Sequence record: SRR31156797_4029
Direction: 5' to 3' (one strand)
DNA length: 39,784 bases
Within the stretch, counting starts at the first letter, position 1, and each line of letters opens with the position of its first letter. This document shows, in pieces, positions 39,412-39,784 of this stretch. Below the pieces are notes generated by a model, which was given only the letters and a program-made list of their open reading frames with translations, was not told the origin of the DNA and did not search any database. The position numbers were made by a program, and so were the translations under genes.

Positions 39412-39784
39412 TTACCTGTCTTTATTTTTCTTTTTGTCAAAGATAATGATTAAGGTAATTAATAGTAGTAGTGATCCAACAATGAGCATGATTCGTTGCC
39501 CCGCCATCATTTCCCCAGTATTGGGAAGTTTTGGATCTGCAAGATCTCTTTTGTCATTTTCTGGATTCTCTTTTTCAGGCGAAGTTTGTCCACCATTATT
39601 TCCTTCTTTTTGATAGACATAAATCACTTTTTGGAGGTCATTCGTAAACGTTCCAGAGGCGTTGGTTGGTATTTCCATCACGGTCCAACCAGAAATTTCT
39701 TTTGGCTTGCTTTCATATGGCATGTCGACTTTCCCAGTTAGAATCGTTGGCTTCGATAGTTGATTTCCTTCAGTATCCTCATAC
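39412..39784 (-). CDS. MucBP-domain LPXTG cell-wall protein, 3' part (5' end outside the window)
   Basis: Frame is open to the window edge: YEDTEGNQLSKPTILTGKVDMPYESKPKEISGW...NASGTF...VIYVY (MucBP pattern), then LPNTG, a TM helix and a KKKNK tail. Confidence 0.85.
   Translation of the reverse strand, partial: YEDTEGNQLSKPTILTGKVDMPYESKPKEISGWTVMEIPTNASGTFTNDLQKVIYVYQKEGNNGGQTSPEKENPENDKRDLADPKLPNTGEMMAGQRIMLIVGSLLLLITLIIIFDKKKNKDR

Overview
A gene-dense chromosomal region of a low-GC Firmicute. Gene content and protein style suggest Enterococcus, most likely the casseliflavus/gallinarum group (inferred, not database-checked). Order: small membrane genes, pepV, nnrD; an alpha/beta-galactoside locus (ABC SBP + 2 permeases + DUF624-like, LacI, PTS IIC, DUF3284-like, GH36, GH42); a stress-like cluster (isochorismatase family, Zn-ribbon protein, Zn-dependent dehydrogenase, YrhK-like, DUF378); a RAT/antiterminator-controlled operon (BglG/LicT, beta-glucoside PTS IIBCA, sulfatase, anaerobic sulfatase maturase, TauE, formylglycine-generating enzyme); a Fur-boxed DUF1858/DUF438 pair beside a divergently split NitT/TauT-type ABC transporter with a CE4 deacetylase; an ArsD-like gene; an orphan PTS IIC; a YczE-like/Crp-Fnr pair; a sucrose scrR-scrA-scrB unit; and the 3' end of a MucBP/LPXTG surface protein. 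The standout is the bgl-type operon in which the usual 6-phospho-beta-glucosidase is replaced by a sulfatase with both an O2-dependent and an O2-independent maturase. It is a candidate import-and-desulfation pathway for sulfated beta-glucosides such as glucosinolates. Two IS3-end-like palindromic stubs nested in terminator hairpins were also found. No rRNA, tRNA, CRISPR array or intact transposase was seen.
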